A DNA stretch of 64,000 bases, from assembly GCA_965655095.1 (NCBI GenBank), contig OZ296648.1, forward strand, positions 73,966,001 through 74,030,000. The letters run 5' to 3'. The position numbers and the translations under genes were made by a program. The notes beneath the pieces were generated by a model, which was given only the letters and a program-made list of their open reading frames with translations, was not told the origin of the DNA and ran no database searches. Shown in pieces: positions 1-13,876 of this stretch. Origin of the DNA: Haplodiscus bocki (taxonomy: Eukaryota). Each line of letters begins with the position of its first letter. Within the stretch, counting starts at the first letter, position 1.

Positions 1-2764
1 TTGAAAGTTGGATGGGTTTATTCCAACGTCAGAGGTCCAACGGAACCTACTTCTTTGGGTGGGCATCGGTAAGTTGAGTTTTTTTGACAGCTACAGTCGC
101 TTCGTTTGTCGTATTTTCATGGAACAGATGTCGGAAGTTTTGGAAAACTTCGGCCAGTTTTGTATTGATGAGGGTGTTACTAAGGCATTCTCGTCTTGAC
201 GTTGAGGTCTGATGGCGGCGGCGAGTATGATATAAAAGCTTTTGCTGAGTTTTATTCTGCGCAAGGAATTAAGAGAGAAAAGATGCTCATTTCCCGCATC
301 AGAGTGGTGTTGCTGAGCGTCGTTGACAAACTGTTGGAAACATGGCTATGTGTCTTTTGAAACCAGCTAACTTACCTAACTTGTTTTGGGCAAGACCCGT
401 TTATGTTGCATTCTACTTGACAAATAGTTGTTTAAGTTGTAGCTTGCCTCCCAATAGGACTCCTTTCGAGTGGTTTCATGGTCGTAAGATTGAGTCGTCA
501 AACTTAAAAGCTTTTGGTTGCTCGGCGTTCAAATTTCTCGACGTGGGTGTGGAAAAGTTGGACTCTAAAGCAGTCCAAGAAATCTTTGTTAGAAATGGTC
601 GCACTTATGATTCATACTAATTGTATAAACCGATTACTGGTACGATGAGTCATTCGACAAATGGGTCATTTAACGGAAAAAACTTCTTGGCCTTCGAAGC
701 AGCTTTTCTGAACAGTGAGATTTTCTTCCAGAGCCATAGAGATCTTTAGATTTTGAAAAGACCAAGTTGCGTTCTCTGAGCCGTTGCTGTCAGTTGTTGA
801 AAATGATAAGCCACGAACTCAAAAAACTTCACCTGTGCCAGAGTCTTCAACTCCAAGTTCAAATCAAGATTTTTCTGCGGAATTCCGAACACGTAGCGAC
901 CGTCAGGTTAAAGCCATTGAGCGTTATGGTTCTCCTATTGACAATTCTGAGGATTGTTCATTTGTTGAACGTTTCTCGTGTGCAGAAGTCCCTAATTCTT
1001 TTGAAGTTTTTGAATCAGAATCGAGAGACGAATGGTTAGCAGCGATGACAAAGGACTTCAATTCTTTAGTCGAAAAAAAGACTTGGCAACTTTGTGAGCT
1101 TCCAGCACGTAAGAAACCTTTAAGTGACCGTTGGGTTTTTGCATTGAAGAAAATCGAGAGCGGTGAAAGTGTCACGTATAACTCGGTATGTTGCGAAAAC
1201 TTTTGGTCAACTTTTCGGCAGTGACTATTTAGAAACATCTGCTCCCAAAGCAAAATTGTCATCAATTCGTAGGATTCTAGCACTTGTTATTAATTTTCGT
1301 TGTGAAATTTTTCAAATTGATGTAAATTCAGCTTATTTAAATCAGGACCTAGAGTAAGATGTTCATGTAAAACAACCTCCAGGCTTTGAAATTCCCGGAA
1401 AGGGGTCGATATTGGTCTGCAAATTGTTAACTTGACTTCATGGATTGAAACAAGCGGGACGTTGTTGGAACAGAACCCTCGATAGGTCATTGACTGAATT
1501 CGGTCTAACACGTTCAATGATTGATAGTCGTTGTTACTCCAACAGCGATTTGCGTGGTAACAGCATTCATATGCGTCTGGGTCGATGGTATAAACAACTT
1601 TTCGACGTCATCTGATTTAGCTGACTCTGTCAAGAAGTGTTTCTCCGCAAAATTCAGGACTGAAGACAAAGATTGAATGAAATGGTTCTCGGTTGTTTCA
1701 GTTCAACAATCAGCAGGCGAAACAACTTTTTCATAAAGTCTTACATTTTAGACCTATTCTCTCGCTTCGGTATGTTATGTGTGAATGCAATGCTTGTCAT
1801 CTTCCTATGACAGCTAATACAAGAATAGACAAAAGTTCGTGTCCTGATTTAGAATCCGAGGCGACCAACGATTTATCTAAAATTCTTTCTTTGTACATGT
1901 CTTTAGTTGAATTACCTTTCGATTGTTTCCCGTCCCGATTTGAGTTTTCTCGTTTCGTCTCTAAGTCAAGCACTAAAGCATCCTTCTCATGATCATTGGC
2001 TTTCAACTAAGAAAGTTCTTCGTTACTTGAAGGGTACCTTTGACTTAGGATTTGTCTTTAGGCATTTGAGTGCCTGAGGCCAGTTGTTTTTGTGGCTCTG
2101 ATTGGGGAGGAGTTTCCAATGACAGGCGTTCCACGAGTGGCTATTGTTTTGAAATTTCGGATGATCGTAGTGTTAATTGTTGGTCTTCCCGTAAACAGCA
2201 AATAGTAGAATTTCGTTCAACTGAGGCAGAGTATATAATTACTTTCTTAAATTCCCAAGAGTGTGGGAATTCCTACATTTTGTCTCTCGTTAAGAGTTTA
2301 GGCTTACACCGAGATGGCCCTGCTCTGTTACAAGGCGACAACAAGGGGGAGATCAAGCTAGATCGAAACCCAATCACACAGAGTCGGAGCGAAAACACCA
2401 ACATCAAACAATACTTTGTACGGGACCTTGTGGAGCGGGAGGTCACTGTTACGATATGTACCAACGGATCAGAACATAGCACATAATTTGACTGAAGCTC
2501 CTGGCGACCCCAAGTTCAATCAGTTCAGATGTGACCCTCAGTCAATCAGTACAGCATCTTGGAGGGGGTGTGTTAACGATCAATGAAACTTTCCACTTAC
2601 CGAGATGTTTGCAAGCTTGTTGGCCTCGATAAAAACAAAATCAATAACAGCAGCAGTCAACAAAGCAGGTTCTCAATTCAAGCAACCGAAATGAAGGGAA
2701 CTGAAACCAAGTACCGGCCCGGCCTACCATATACTACCGTCAACTCTAACCTTCAAATATGACA
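1..2764 (+). mobile_element. Decayed Ty1/copia LTR retrotransposon, 3' part (integrase-RT-RNase H-PPT-3' LTR)
   Basis: Domain order INT>RT>RH. Integrase/SH3-like fragments (LFWARPVYVAFYLTN...RTPFEWFHGRK..NLKAFGCSAF); RT fragments (EWLAAM..FNSLVEKKTWQL, WVFALK, IFQIDVNSAYLN, VWVDG for YVDD at ~1575); RNase H (SDWGG..DRRSTSGYCF, STEAEY, DNKG). Multiple stops and frameshifts. Confidence 0.9.
2561..2764 (+). repeat. Polypurine tract and probable 3' LTR of the copia element
   Basis: GGAGGGGG at 2561-2568 just after RNase H, then TGTTA at 2571. Candidate LTR end TGACA at 2760-2764 is an imperfect inverse of TGTTA. The LTR end cannot be verified because the 5' LTR is outside the window. Confidence 0.55.
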
Positions 2765-2989
2765 GCATCCACCCAAAAAATGAAGATTATATCAGGAACT
2801 CAGAATTCAACATGAACTGAATTGTCAAATTAAATTGAATTACTGTTATGATGAAAAACTGAACTTAGAACTATAGGGTTATTTTATAAAAAATAATGAC
2901 ACTTTCCGCCCTTGAAACATTCCCCAGACCTGTAGGTTAACGTTTTAGTTCTAGTTGTTTACAATCATTTGCAGGTATATTTTCCTTTG

Positions 2990-3500
2990 TAAAAAGGACT
3001 TTTTGTGATTATTCATTGAGTTTGATAGAAAGAAACCAACGTAACAAACTCTTGGAAACTTCTTCATTTTTTGCGATTTTCGTCTTACCGTCAACATCTC
3101 TCAGCAAAAACTGCTCTTCTACTTGTGTATCTACTGTATCTTATAATATTGTTTTTACTTCGGAAATCAGTAAAAATTTATTCACAAACTCTTCTACATC
3201 ATCAGTCTCAACCATCTTTGGTGACATTTGAAAGGCTTCAAGGATGTTTTCCCATGAACTTTTTATTGTTTGAGCATTTTTATTTTTTAGTGGACTTGTG
3301 CATCCGAATTTTGAGAAATTATCGATTAAAACTAAAACATATCTAGAGACTTCAATATTTTTGGGACCATAATCAATCAGGTCTAATATATCCATGCTCC
3401 AGGTGTCATCTATGTAATAAACATTAGTTTTGTTTGTAGCATAATTCTTCTTCGGGGCTTTGGCACAAATCTCAATTATAAAAATCTCGTTTCTCCCCAT
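2990..3500 (-). pseudogene. Polinton retroviral-like (rve, DDE) integrase, truncated
   Basis: ORF 3141..3500 gives DDTWSMDILDL...YVLVLIDNFSKFG..PLKNKNA...PKMVETD..EEF, and a shifted frame continues RYSRYTS..AVFAER, giving the D,D,E arrangement. Confidence 0.85.
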
Positions 3501-3529
3501 TTAATTAGTTATACGATAAGGTAACATAT

Positions 3530-6100
3530 GCACATATTCAATTGGTGCTTTTCTTTTTTCAATTCATTAATATTGGCTTGAATATTTTCAATTTGTTTGG
3601 TTCCTGATCTGCATGTATCACAAATCTTATCAACGGACTTGACACATTTTCAAAATTTCTTATTCTGGTTGCTATAATAACCCCGCTTGAAAGACTTTTT
3701 CCATTATGAAGGAAAATCTTGCTTATCGGTTAGTTATTCCAATTTGAATATCAAAAAAATTTTTTCAATCGAGAACTTTTTTAAACAATTTCAAATGTCC
3801 TCTTTTCTCCTATCTTCCATATTCATTATTTGTTCGACAATGGTTAATTTCAGCTGCCAAAAACAGCTAAAAAATACAACCAATACCAAAATCATTTTCT
3901 CTTAGTCCAAACACTTCACCAACAAAATCTGCTTCGTTTAGCATAACCCAGTGTTTTTTTGTCAATATATAATGAATCTGTATCCGTGTCATGTGATAAA
4001 CGATATAAGTTTTAATTCCGTCCAACATTAACTTTCATTGATTCATTATTCTTTTGCTGTGACTTACATAAATGCTCCAAAATATGATGGCATTCTATTA
4101 ATTTCTGAGGTTTGATCATTGTCTATACTTCATCAATTTCAAGTTTCACAACATATCCTCCATTTTGTAATTCCAGATATTCTTCAACTCCACCAACATA
4201 TTCCATTTCCATCCATCTTTCAGTTTTGAATTCATGCTTGTAATCTATATCTTTCTTAAAAGTGTCGCCAAATGAAGAATTCATCATTAAAATTATCAAT
4301 TGTTCTAATATTTTATTCCCCTTCTCTTTATATTGTTTTCTTAAAAGGTGGATATTAAAACTTCTGTTTATATAACAATCCCTCAAAAACCTCAATTACT
4401 GTTCGACCAATTCTAACATCTTCTTGGAAATCAACTGATGTTAAAGTATCATTAAAACTTCCACTTTTTTAAACCTGTTTACTTCTTGTTTTTCGACTTT
4501 TCCCTTGACAGGTACGAGCTGTACAATTCTATTTTCTGGGTTATAATAATTTATTTTAGGAACTCCTGAAATAGCCGTTGAATCTTTTTAAATTTTAACT
4601 CCAAATAATTTATCTACAAAATCTATTATTATGTTAATCATTCGTATCTTCAGTGAAAACAAATCCTGTGTGAATTTTTGGATAAATTGAATCCATAAGC
4701 GACATTGCTGTGGGATAGAAAGAAATCAGACCAAAAGGAAAAAAAATCGTCAAGATTTACTTATTGTAATATGTTAGAAATTGACAATTCGGAAATTTTT
4801 TTGTTTACAACTTTTTCTTTTCTTCATCGATGTTCCTATAATCACTAAAATTACTGTGATATTCATTTTCATAATTAGCTTGATATTCCTTTATGTACTT
4901 TAAATATAATTTTATGATATGAATGGGGGAATATTTCCGTTAATGTTAAAATCCTTGTATATTTTTAAATTATTATTCGCTTTTATATTATCGGTTGAAA
5001 GCTCCCACTTTCTATACGTTGTCTCACTATATGCCATATATACTTATCTGTGTTCATTCTCCTTTAACCTCATTGTATTTAAAAAAACTTCCATCCTAAA
5101 AAGTGACAGAAACAATTTTTCATTCCATGTGCAGTAAATTTCGACATATTCATTGTGTGACTTGCATATATGAAAGCTAAAAACCGAGCATCATTTTTTA
5201 AATACAGTCTCCATTCATCTTTCGAATCTTCCGAAGTATCTTCAAACATTTATTAATAAACCAATTCTTTAATAATTCTTCCTCTAAACCAACTAAATTT
5301 CCTAATTTTCCTGACGATCTTTTGACATGATTCATAAGGCAAAAAAAACTAAAATGTGGCTTTTCATTACCATTATCTTCAACATCGCAGCAACCATGAA
5401 AAATTTTAACAGTAATCAATCCTCTAGCTGTTTTAATTGGGTTGGTGATTCGACACCAACTAGGTAGATTAATGAAAATAATCCAACTATGAAAACTTGA
5501 TCCATTATGAGCAATAGGCTTTAGTTAAAAACCAGCAATTACTGGTTTAGATATAACTTTCATCCATTCTGGCTCGCCTTTATGTGTTTTTAAGTATTCA
5601 AATAATTGGCTAAGACAATTTGGCTTCCATTACATTTATCACTCTGACATTTTTCAATCTCTTCGTTTGTCAATTCTCGATCATAAAATCTCATAAATTT
5701 TGAAACGGCAAAAAACGAAATGTATGCAGTATTGCTCTATCTATATTGAAAGTTTCAAATCCGTAAACATCACATTATTCAGTTGATTTTCCATTTTTGT
5801 TGGAAATTTTTTTTTCTCAAATGCATTAACAATATCGTAACAGGACATGCTGCCTACAATTCAAAGATCTTTTTCATCTCTTGACTATCTTTCAGTAGAT
5901 CACCTTCGCTTTTCCGTAAAACACAGAAACAATCTTTGTACAAATCAAGACATTTATTTTTCTTAACATGATCAAAGCAAAATCTCTCCCGTGAAAAGAT
6001 CCAATATCTACGGCCACCTTTCTACAAAGTCCTTTGACTTCAGCTTCAGTCATAACTATGCCTCTTCTACTAAACATTATTAAAGTTCATAGGATCTTCA
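3530..6100 (-). pseudogene. Protein-primed family B DNA polymerase (pPolB), degenerate
   Basis: Minus-strand motifs in the correct order: ExoII IAHNGSSFHSW (~5490-5515), motif A SFYPTAM...YPKIHTG (~4670-4730), motif B ILMMNSSFGDTFKKDI (ORF 4123..4395), motif C TDTDSLYID (3961-3987). Confidence 0.85.
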
Positions 6101-6310
6101 TATGAAGGTTTCCCGGTTGAAACACGAACACAATTTGGAAAACATTTTTTTTAAAGGGATAAAATAACTTCCCTTTCATATTCTTTGATTTGAAAAAAAT
6201 GATCACATCCTCTACCATAATCAAAACGTTTTATATTTCAAAAGGGTGATCATTAGGATCAATCAAATATCAATTAAAAACCACATCATCGTCATTATCA
6301 TACTTTAATT

Positions 6311-6391
6311 GGAATTAATCTACATGAGGATTGTAAGCTTAATTGTTTTCGGGAATTAATCTACATGAGGATTGTAAGCTTAAATGTTTTT
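6311..6391. repeat. Two-copy tandem duplication, 41-bp period
   Basis: ggaattaatctacatgaggattgtaagcttaa at 6311 and 6352. Confidence 0.9.
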
Positions 6392-8049
6392 GAAGGTCAT
6401 ATATGTTTTTTACTCACTTATCCCATCCTAAGTGTTCCTGTTAGCAGGAAAGTTGTCCTTTTGGGTTTTATCAGTTCTCTGATTCAAAAAGCATTCAAAA
6501 TTTCAATCTAATTATAGTTGTATTCATGACGAAAATGATTCGTATATCTGCAATAACACTTTTTTAGGTTTGATTTTCTTTCTTCTTTAGTTATTCCATC
6601 TATTTTCCTTATTGAATTATCAGTGTCAATTGTGAAGTGGTCTTCGTTATTTTTTCTTTTTTCCAACGCTCTTCTTTAATTCTTTTTGTTCAAAATAACT
6701 TTTATTTTGGCTTTTTCCTTGTAACTTTATTTTTCCCGTTATTCAACTTGTTTTCAAAAGAACCTTCCATCTTATATCAAATTTCCGATCCAATTATTCT
6801 GGAGATTATTTCATCAAATAGCACACTGGATTTCTAAAACAGATTTCAAAAATTTATGATATTCCCAACTGATTAGATTAAGATAAACAAAAAGTACATT
6901 TTATTTGACAATTCTGATTCTTTCCAAAAAATTTTTTACAAGCTTCACATTTAATTTCATCACCGTTTTCAATCAGATGATTTTTTTAAAATATGTTTGT
7001 AATAACACTTTCCAGTGAAAATTTTACAGCTAAGATCACAAATAAATTCCAATTTTTGAAGATTTAATTATTCAAAAATCACGACTTTGTTTTTTCATTT
7101 GTATAACTTCCTGCTACACAAAAATCTTCTTCAAAATGCTGATTTGTGAGTACGCGGGAGAAAACACAAAAATGTAGTGGAAAACAACAAAATAAACAAA
7201 TTTTCCCATGCTCATGTTGAAAAAATAAATGCAATGTTGTTTTTATAATTTTATAAATCATGCATCTCAAAAATCTCTGATCTAAGGGGTTAAAAAAGTA
7301 TAATTTTCTTTTCAATTGTCTCTGAATGGAAGATTAACAACTTACAATGAGCTAGAAACACATTTTTTCATCAAAGTTGATGAAAAAAAATAGAAAGCTG
7401 TTATTACCTCAAATCACCCGTTTGATACTGGTCTTCTGCAGATTATTGTATTCCGACTGGTTTTTATCACCTAAAATGTTTAGTCAAGCTATTCCGGTCT
7501 CATTAGCAGACAGTCATGGTGTTTTAACTCAGATTCAATTGTGTATTCTGACGGGAGGGAAAAAGTCAGTATGCCTGAGAATATGTACAAAAACTTATTA
7601 AATTAAGTTCTTTAGCAAGAATGCTCAAACAGAGTTGGTCAGTAAAGTTGTTTTGTGTAGCTAAATTAAAATGTGAAATACTCCCAGCACATTGCACAGG
7701 GAAAAAACAATCCATTTTCCACTGGTACAAAGCGTATGTATATAAACATGTTTCTTTTTTTCATGTAATGCAAAAAGAAACAGTGCGCTAAAATCGCGAC
7801 GTTTTTTTTTGTTTGAGGTAACATGACGTTTTTCTTTTTTTGTTTTCTTTTGGCGTTCTTTTGAGAGGTAGTAGCACCGGAAAATGCGGATTTTAGAGCG
7901 AGGCTCAGAAATCTGCCTTTTTCTATACAACTAGAACTTTTGACGACAGTTGAAAATACTTTGATATCTTCTCTTCACATTCATATCCAGAAAAAAGTGA
8001 AGAGGCTGAAGCAGCATTTCGTGCTGATTTGCGGATCTTCTACGCACGA

Positions 8050-10450
8050 AGGAGTCAAATCAGTGCTTGACAAATGGATATTGAAGGAAAGTCTCTAAGA
8101 GAAACATTGTTGGAAAAAAATGAAAACTTAACGAAGTTTGAATGAGAAGTAAAACGTTCTCCGTTTCAAAAATTTGAAAAAAACATCTCTGATTTTCCGA
8201 TGAGCTTCTGCTTAGACTCTTTCCGGATAATGTTAAGTTACAGCTGGGAGGACACAATCAGATCAAAAGTTTCCAGGAAAATCTTTCGACGAACGAGACC
8301 ACAACAGAAATTGTCATCGATTGTACAATTTCAACTGAAGATTAGTTGGACTACAAGAACAAAATTAAGAACCTCAACCACTAGGAGAAAACTTGAGCAA
8401 GGAGTATTCACAGCTTCAGTGGATGGCGGTAGTCTGATAACTAGTGAATGAGTAAGTTTTAAGCGACGATGCAATTCAAAATGTCCTGAATTTGTCAAAT
8501 CCATTTAACAAGTCATACTTATAGATTAGGAAACCCATTCTTCTGGCGACTTAACAGAACCTCTGGGTAACAATTACAACAATCAGTGCTAAACGGACCT
8601 GATTTAACCAAAAGGTTTGAAGGAAAACGCGTTTGACCTACGAAGCAAGGCAAAACGTGTTTTCCAGCTGAAAGTCAAAAATTTCGATACAAAAGTTCAA
8701 AAAAGACCAGCAATGGTCCTTGGAAAGAACTCTAGCTACTGGGTCGTTGAATTAGTTCTAGATAGACGCAATCCCACCACTGGTTAAGAAGAGAAAAATT
8801 CTCAGGGAAAGATGACGGTACAAACATCCTCATTTTTTTGGAGAAGTGCGAAATGAATAATGAAGTCATTGACAAGACACTCGAAAAGCCGGTTAGTTGG
8901 ATAAGTACAGCATTGACGGAATCAAAGCACTAGTTATCATTTCCAACGAACAACGAAATACTCAGGAAAATTCGCAAAAAAAATTAAAAGAAACCATCCT
9001 CACTGCTCCACAGAACTTCTAGGGTCCGATCGTAACAAAAAAACTCCCGAAGAAATCAGTCCAATCATTGAACCAAATACAAAGCACCTCTGGATAAGAA
9101 AATTTTCGGAAGTCTCAGAAAAAGTTTAGTCATTTTGAGTACTCTGTTTACTTGCTACGGCACTAGCTTAAATAACAGTGTGCGCTGGAAAAACGGCCAT
9201 GTGAACAAATAATTGGAACAAAGCCAGAGCGCATGAACTTTGAAGTCCCGAGTAAACAGTGATGTAAACATTAATTTACATCAATTGGAAGGTTGTACTA
9301 GACGAAAAAAAAATCGAAAGTTGACTGTTCAACACTCGCAAGTCTGACAACTAAAACAACAATTGAACCAAGTTACAACCAACAATTGAGAGGAAAAACA
9401 TTGGCGTATACTGTTAAATCAATACAAACAGTAAAAATTACAATCTCGAACTTCCACAAAGTTAGCCAACGAAAAAGAAAAAAGTGTCGCGGTTAGTTAT
9501 CTGAACATCCGGCTGTTAACAGATCGATAAAGTGTGATGACTAAAAATCCATCGAAAGTTTCGAAGAGAGACCTTTTGACGAAGATCGTTAGCTTAAAAA
9601 CTTCGTTGATTTTCAAATTACAAGTTAACCTTACTTGAATATAAAAATTGCACAACAGATAATCACTTCTTCTTTGGGGATCTTTCAGGTAACGAGGAGT
9701 CAATTCGTTAGTAGGTAGATGGAATTTGAACGATCGCTTTCAAGGAAAACACTTTTCTAAGACGCAATCAAAAATTTCGTTGAAAATTCAAGTGCAACCA
9801 AAGATTTTTCACAGACATCTTGAATTGAACCATCCCTGATACTGCGAGCAGCTTCTTCGCATCTGTTTTTGTAATGAGTTGAAACTAATTCTGGGATTAC
9901 GAAAGCTGACAAAAGGTTTTCAACAGAACGCTTTTGGCGAACGACGGCACTGAAAGCATCTCAGAATTTTATTTATCAAGCAAAGATTGTTCTAAGTACC
10001 GTTTTAAAGCAAAATGAAAACTTTGGCCACCTGGAAGAAACTTCAGACATTGAGAATACGAAATATCAGTTGAGGGACGTATTACAACGGCTAGTCAACG
10101 CGAAAACCGTTCTAATGGACAAAAGAAAATGTCTTAAAATTTTCCAATAACAGGTAACGGAAATCCCAGCGTTAAATTATTGAAAAGAACATTCATGGAT
10201 CTCGACAAAACGTCCAGATAGGGAGCTGAATTTCGACAAAGAGCTGAACAGATCAATGGCCAATCCAGTTTCCAAAAGAAACACGTTTGACGAACGACAC
10301 AAGGAAAAATATCTTTCTCTCACAGTCATGATTTTCAGGGGAAAAGTTACAGAAAAGACTTCCTCTGCTTCTGGCAGGAACTCCGTCTATTGAGTAGTTG
10401 AGCTACCACAGGATCGACCAAATTCGACGCTGGTCATAAAGAGACAATTT
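8050..10450 (+). mobile_element. Highly degenerate non-LTR retrotransposon (APE-RT LINE) remnant
   Basis: Only scattered motif traces, in plausible order: GGSLIT (~8425), ILL(G)DLN across a frameshift (~8536-8555), KSP (~9243), WK (~9285), GYT/..DKV traces (~9400-9535), LGI (~9891). No long ORF. Confidence 0.35.
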
Positions 10451-11340
10451 CAACGAAATATGAAGGTAAAGCATCTGACATTTTTCAAGTGAAATAACGG
10501 TAATACGCAATAGACCATCCTTGCTAGTTGATGTGATATCCAGGCTGTGAGTGGTCAAATTAGTCCCTAAGGTACACAATCCGACCAATACTTTTGTATA
10601 AAACTATTTTAAAGGAACGACATAAAACCTTAATTGCTTCTTTAATTACAGGTTGCTATTTTTCTCAAGAAATATCGGAAACAGGATCTCTGCCAATCTA
10701 CTGTGTATCGAGCTAACAAAAATTGAATACCATTACAAGGAGCGGTTTGGCGCAACCCCATCAATTTTCTTGAACGCGTGTAGAAAATGCATTTAAAATT
10801 TTCACATTTTAAAATTTACATTTTCACAGCAAAGCTTTAGGAAGAAAATTTTGAGGTGATTCAATTTATTTTCAAAATTTCATTTTAGAAAAAGAACAAA
10901 TTTCAATTTTGGGGTTTCTGAGAGTGCACGTTAGCCCATGTCCGAACAATCACTTTGTTAATCGGTATCGAATTCAGCGGTTTAATGAAGAGATTCGCGC
11001 CAATTCAGTAAAATAATAGTTGCAATTCACATTTATGAACACCTGGCTTACAGCGATAATTTACATTAGTAATTTCTCTAGCTTTCAAGACGAGCGACCG
11101 AATGTGAACACCTGAACAGTTTATGCGACTTTGTACCGCATGCGAAAAAACAAAAGTCGACCGTAAAACACTTGCTTTGCCCGTCATGCAAGTTTATTAT
11201 TTTGAATTGTTTGCATTGATCAATGATGTTAAGGTACCCTATAACTTGAACTCACTCAGTCTTATCACCGTATTAATACGAATGGAAATTGAGCAGCATT
11301 TTTTATACGGCCTGCCTTATAGAAAGCAATTTCTGCTCAC

Positions 11341-11430
11341 TATGAGCATGAAGAATTAGTTTATCATGATCCACATTATTGTTTATTATATGAGCATGAA
11401 GAATTTAGTGTATCATGATCCACATTATAG
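11341..11430. repeat. Two-copy tandem duplication, 48-bp period
   Basis: tatgagcatgaagaat(t)tagt(t/g)tatcatgatccacattat at 11341 and 11389. Confidence 0.9.
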
Positions 11431-13234
11431 TTTATTAACTGTCTTTTGAAAGGAAACAGGTCAATTATTTCAATTCGATGTATTGCAATTACACCACCGA
11501 AGCATTTGAATCTATTCTGAGCCGAGACATTACAATGCTTTTGTATTTTGGAACTGACGAAAAGACTATTTTCCAATGTTGTCGCAAAAGACCAATCGAA
11601 AAACGGCCGCGATTCAGTATTTGACTATTGAGAGGCTTCTTCCAGCGCCGAGGCAAAATTAGCGTAACTTGGAGGCTTAGATGCCGCGAAAGACTAAAAA
11701 AAAACTACATAAAAAAGCTCTACTTTCAGTTTCATACACAAACAGCTTCGCTTAGTTTCAGTCCACATCTTACCGCCTAGTAGTCAACTAGTTAACCGGA
11801 ATAACCAGAAGTAATTGTTCTAAAATGTCAGTTTGTAGCGTTAGAAACCAGAAACCTTTGAAGTTCTTCTTCCTCAAGATAACCAACCGTAAAAAAGTAA
11901 CACAGAACCAAATTTGTTGTACATTAGTCATTGGTCATAATGTCAACGAAAATTTTGTGCAGTAGCTCGGAAGAAATTAGCCCGCAAGCAGAGTGGCAGT
12001 GGCTTTAGGCTTCGCATTCCTTCGCCTAAAAATGAACTTGTCAAACCGCTGGATCTTCTGATGACGCAAAAAATGCTCCTCACAAACAACTATGTTTACT
12101 TCGCTCTGAACAATTTAAAATGACACTAGAAAGATGCCCCAGAAAATATCTAACAGGTATAATTTTTTATGTGTAAACAAGATTCACTTCTATCGACTCA
12201 AATTATTAATATCATATTTATGCTAGGCATCAAAAGGGGTCTGTGAGTCTATTGACATGATGACCCAAGCGGGAAACACAATAACGGCGTATGCCAGTTT
12301 CTCACTTGGTACATTTTTTCAAGTGCTTAAACTTACCATATGGGTAATTGAAAGGACATATATTCCTGTACAGGAGTTCCTCGCTAAAGATTAAATAGTA
12401 CAGCAGATTTCCCCTTCGCTTCGGTGTTTTTACTACCGCAATTCGGTTCATTTCAGTAGCTTAGCTTTCAGGGCGTCGGCACATAGCATATCCTTTCTTT
12501 CGAAAGATTATTTAGGTACGAAAAACAGTTCTTGCGTATCTTATAGTCTGGAGTGTGAATTTCAGACGCTCAAAAGAACCTCACTTTTATACATCCAATA
12601 AGAAATGCAATATTATCTTTCCTTTCGAAAATTATCAGACGTGAAATGTTTTGTTTCCCGGAACAGTAAGATGGGTCGGAATCTAATTCGTGAATTACAG
12701 TCAGAGAATAAATGAACCAAACTGGCTGGATGCCTGATTGTATAGAAAAACATTATAGTATTTTGACAGATATGTTTTCTGAACAACATTCGGAAGTCTG
12801 AGAACAACTGAAATGTGACAGAGAAAGTTTATCTATAAAGCTATAACACATTCAATGTGATAATCAAACGAAAGATTCTTATATATTCGGACTGCGGATA
12901 ATTCAGAGAAAACTTCATTCTCAATTAAATCATCGCAAGTACAGCGTCACCTGAATCACCAAAATGTACTACTTGAGTTTTCTTCACATTCAGAGCTAAT
13001 CGTTTACTTTCTCATTTTAGAGCACTACTCTTTGATAACGTTAAATAAATAAAGTTTTGAACAGGATAAAAAACTAGGCGTAAGCCGGTTTCGATAAAAA
13101 TTCTTCCTTTTAGTTACGATGTGTAAAAAGTTAATACTGTCATCCAATTCAAGGAGCTTTCAACTGCTCCTCAGGTCTCACTGAGACAGTCTTATATTTT
13201 ACTGATTGTCACACAAAATAACTCCCATGCATAC

Positions 13235-13504
13235 CGGTAGTGAAGGTAGGCCCGTAAGGTTGTCCACTTCCTTTGGAACAAAATGAATTACCGTCGTCTC
13301 CGTGATATCCATACGAGTCCTTATCCCATCCGGGCAAACGATTCAAATTTGGTTGGCTCTGTGATGATATTCCCACACCCATATATCCATCCCTTCCTTT
13401 GCTCACGATGAAAATTTCAAAATAATATATTCCAACACCAGGCGGAATGGGATGGGCTGTACGTACACTGCCAGCGTCTTTGTGACTCTTGTCATTTCCT
13501 TGGC
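13235..13504 (-). CDS. RANBP9: Ran-binding protein 9/10 (RanBPM, CTLH complex), SPRY-domain coding exon
   Basis: Translates (G)[89 protein letters not shown](G), closely matching the RANBP9/10 SPRY signature. Acceptor ttttgtttAG (AG at 13506-13505) and donor GTATGC (GT at 13234-13233), both phase 1. Co-orthologous to vertebrate RANBP9 and RANBP10. Confidence 0.95.
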
Positions 13505-13876
13505 CTAAACAAAAATATTCTAGCTATTCAACAACTTGATTAAACAAGGACAGAAAAACATCAAATGTGTAATACATTATATGACGTCAACTAAAGTGCA
13601 TTTAGTTAATGTTAGCTAAAGAACATTACCATTGAATTAACGTTTCGAAGCATTCAATGTGAACGTTATTCTTCGGGAAAATTTTGGAGATTCCTACTAC
13701 ACTTCGATGCAACCAAACATGGGTCTTCTTCTCGAAAATCTAACGGACGGTTTTGGTTTTGAATATTTTTTGACATTACTGACTTACAATAGAGTTCGAT
13801 CGTGGAAGATACCTGTTCGAAAACATCATTTAAGTACATTATGATATTATTTCCAAACCCTGATGTCAAAGCGAAC

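Larger units (their letters stand above)
2880..6900 (-). mobile_element. Polinton/Maverick fragment A (pPolB followed by integrase, same strand); no TIR seen
   Basis: Contains fossil pPolB and rve-type integrase (next two entries); very AT-rich. Boundaries approximate. Confidence 0.8.

Noticed and set aside
12925-12952. Candidate next RanBPM exon (acceptor ttcAG then GT GAC)
   Set aside because: Reads GDAVLAMI then stop; lacks the expected GC...FYTKNG.
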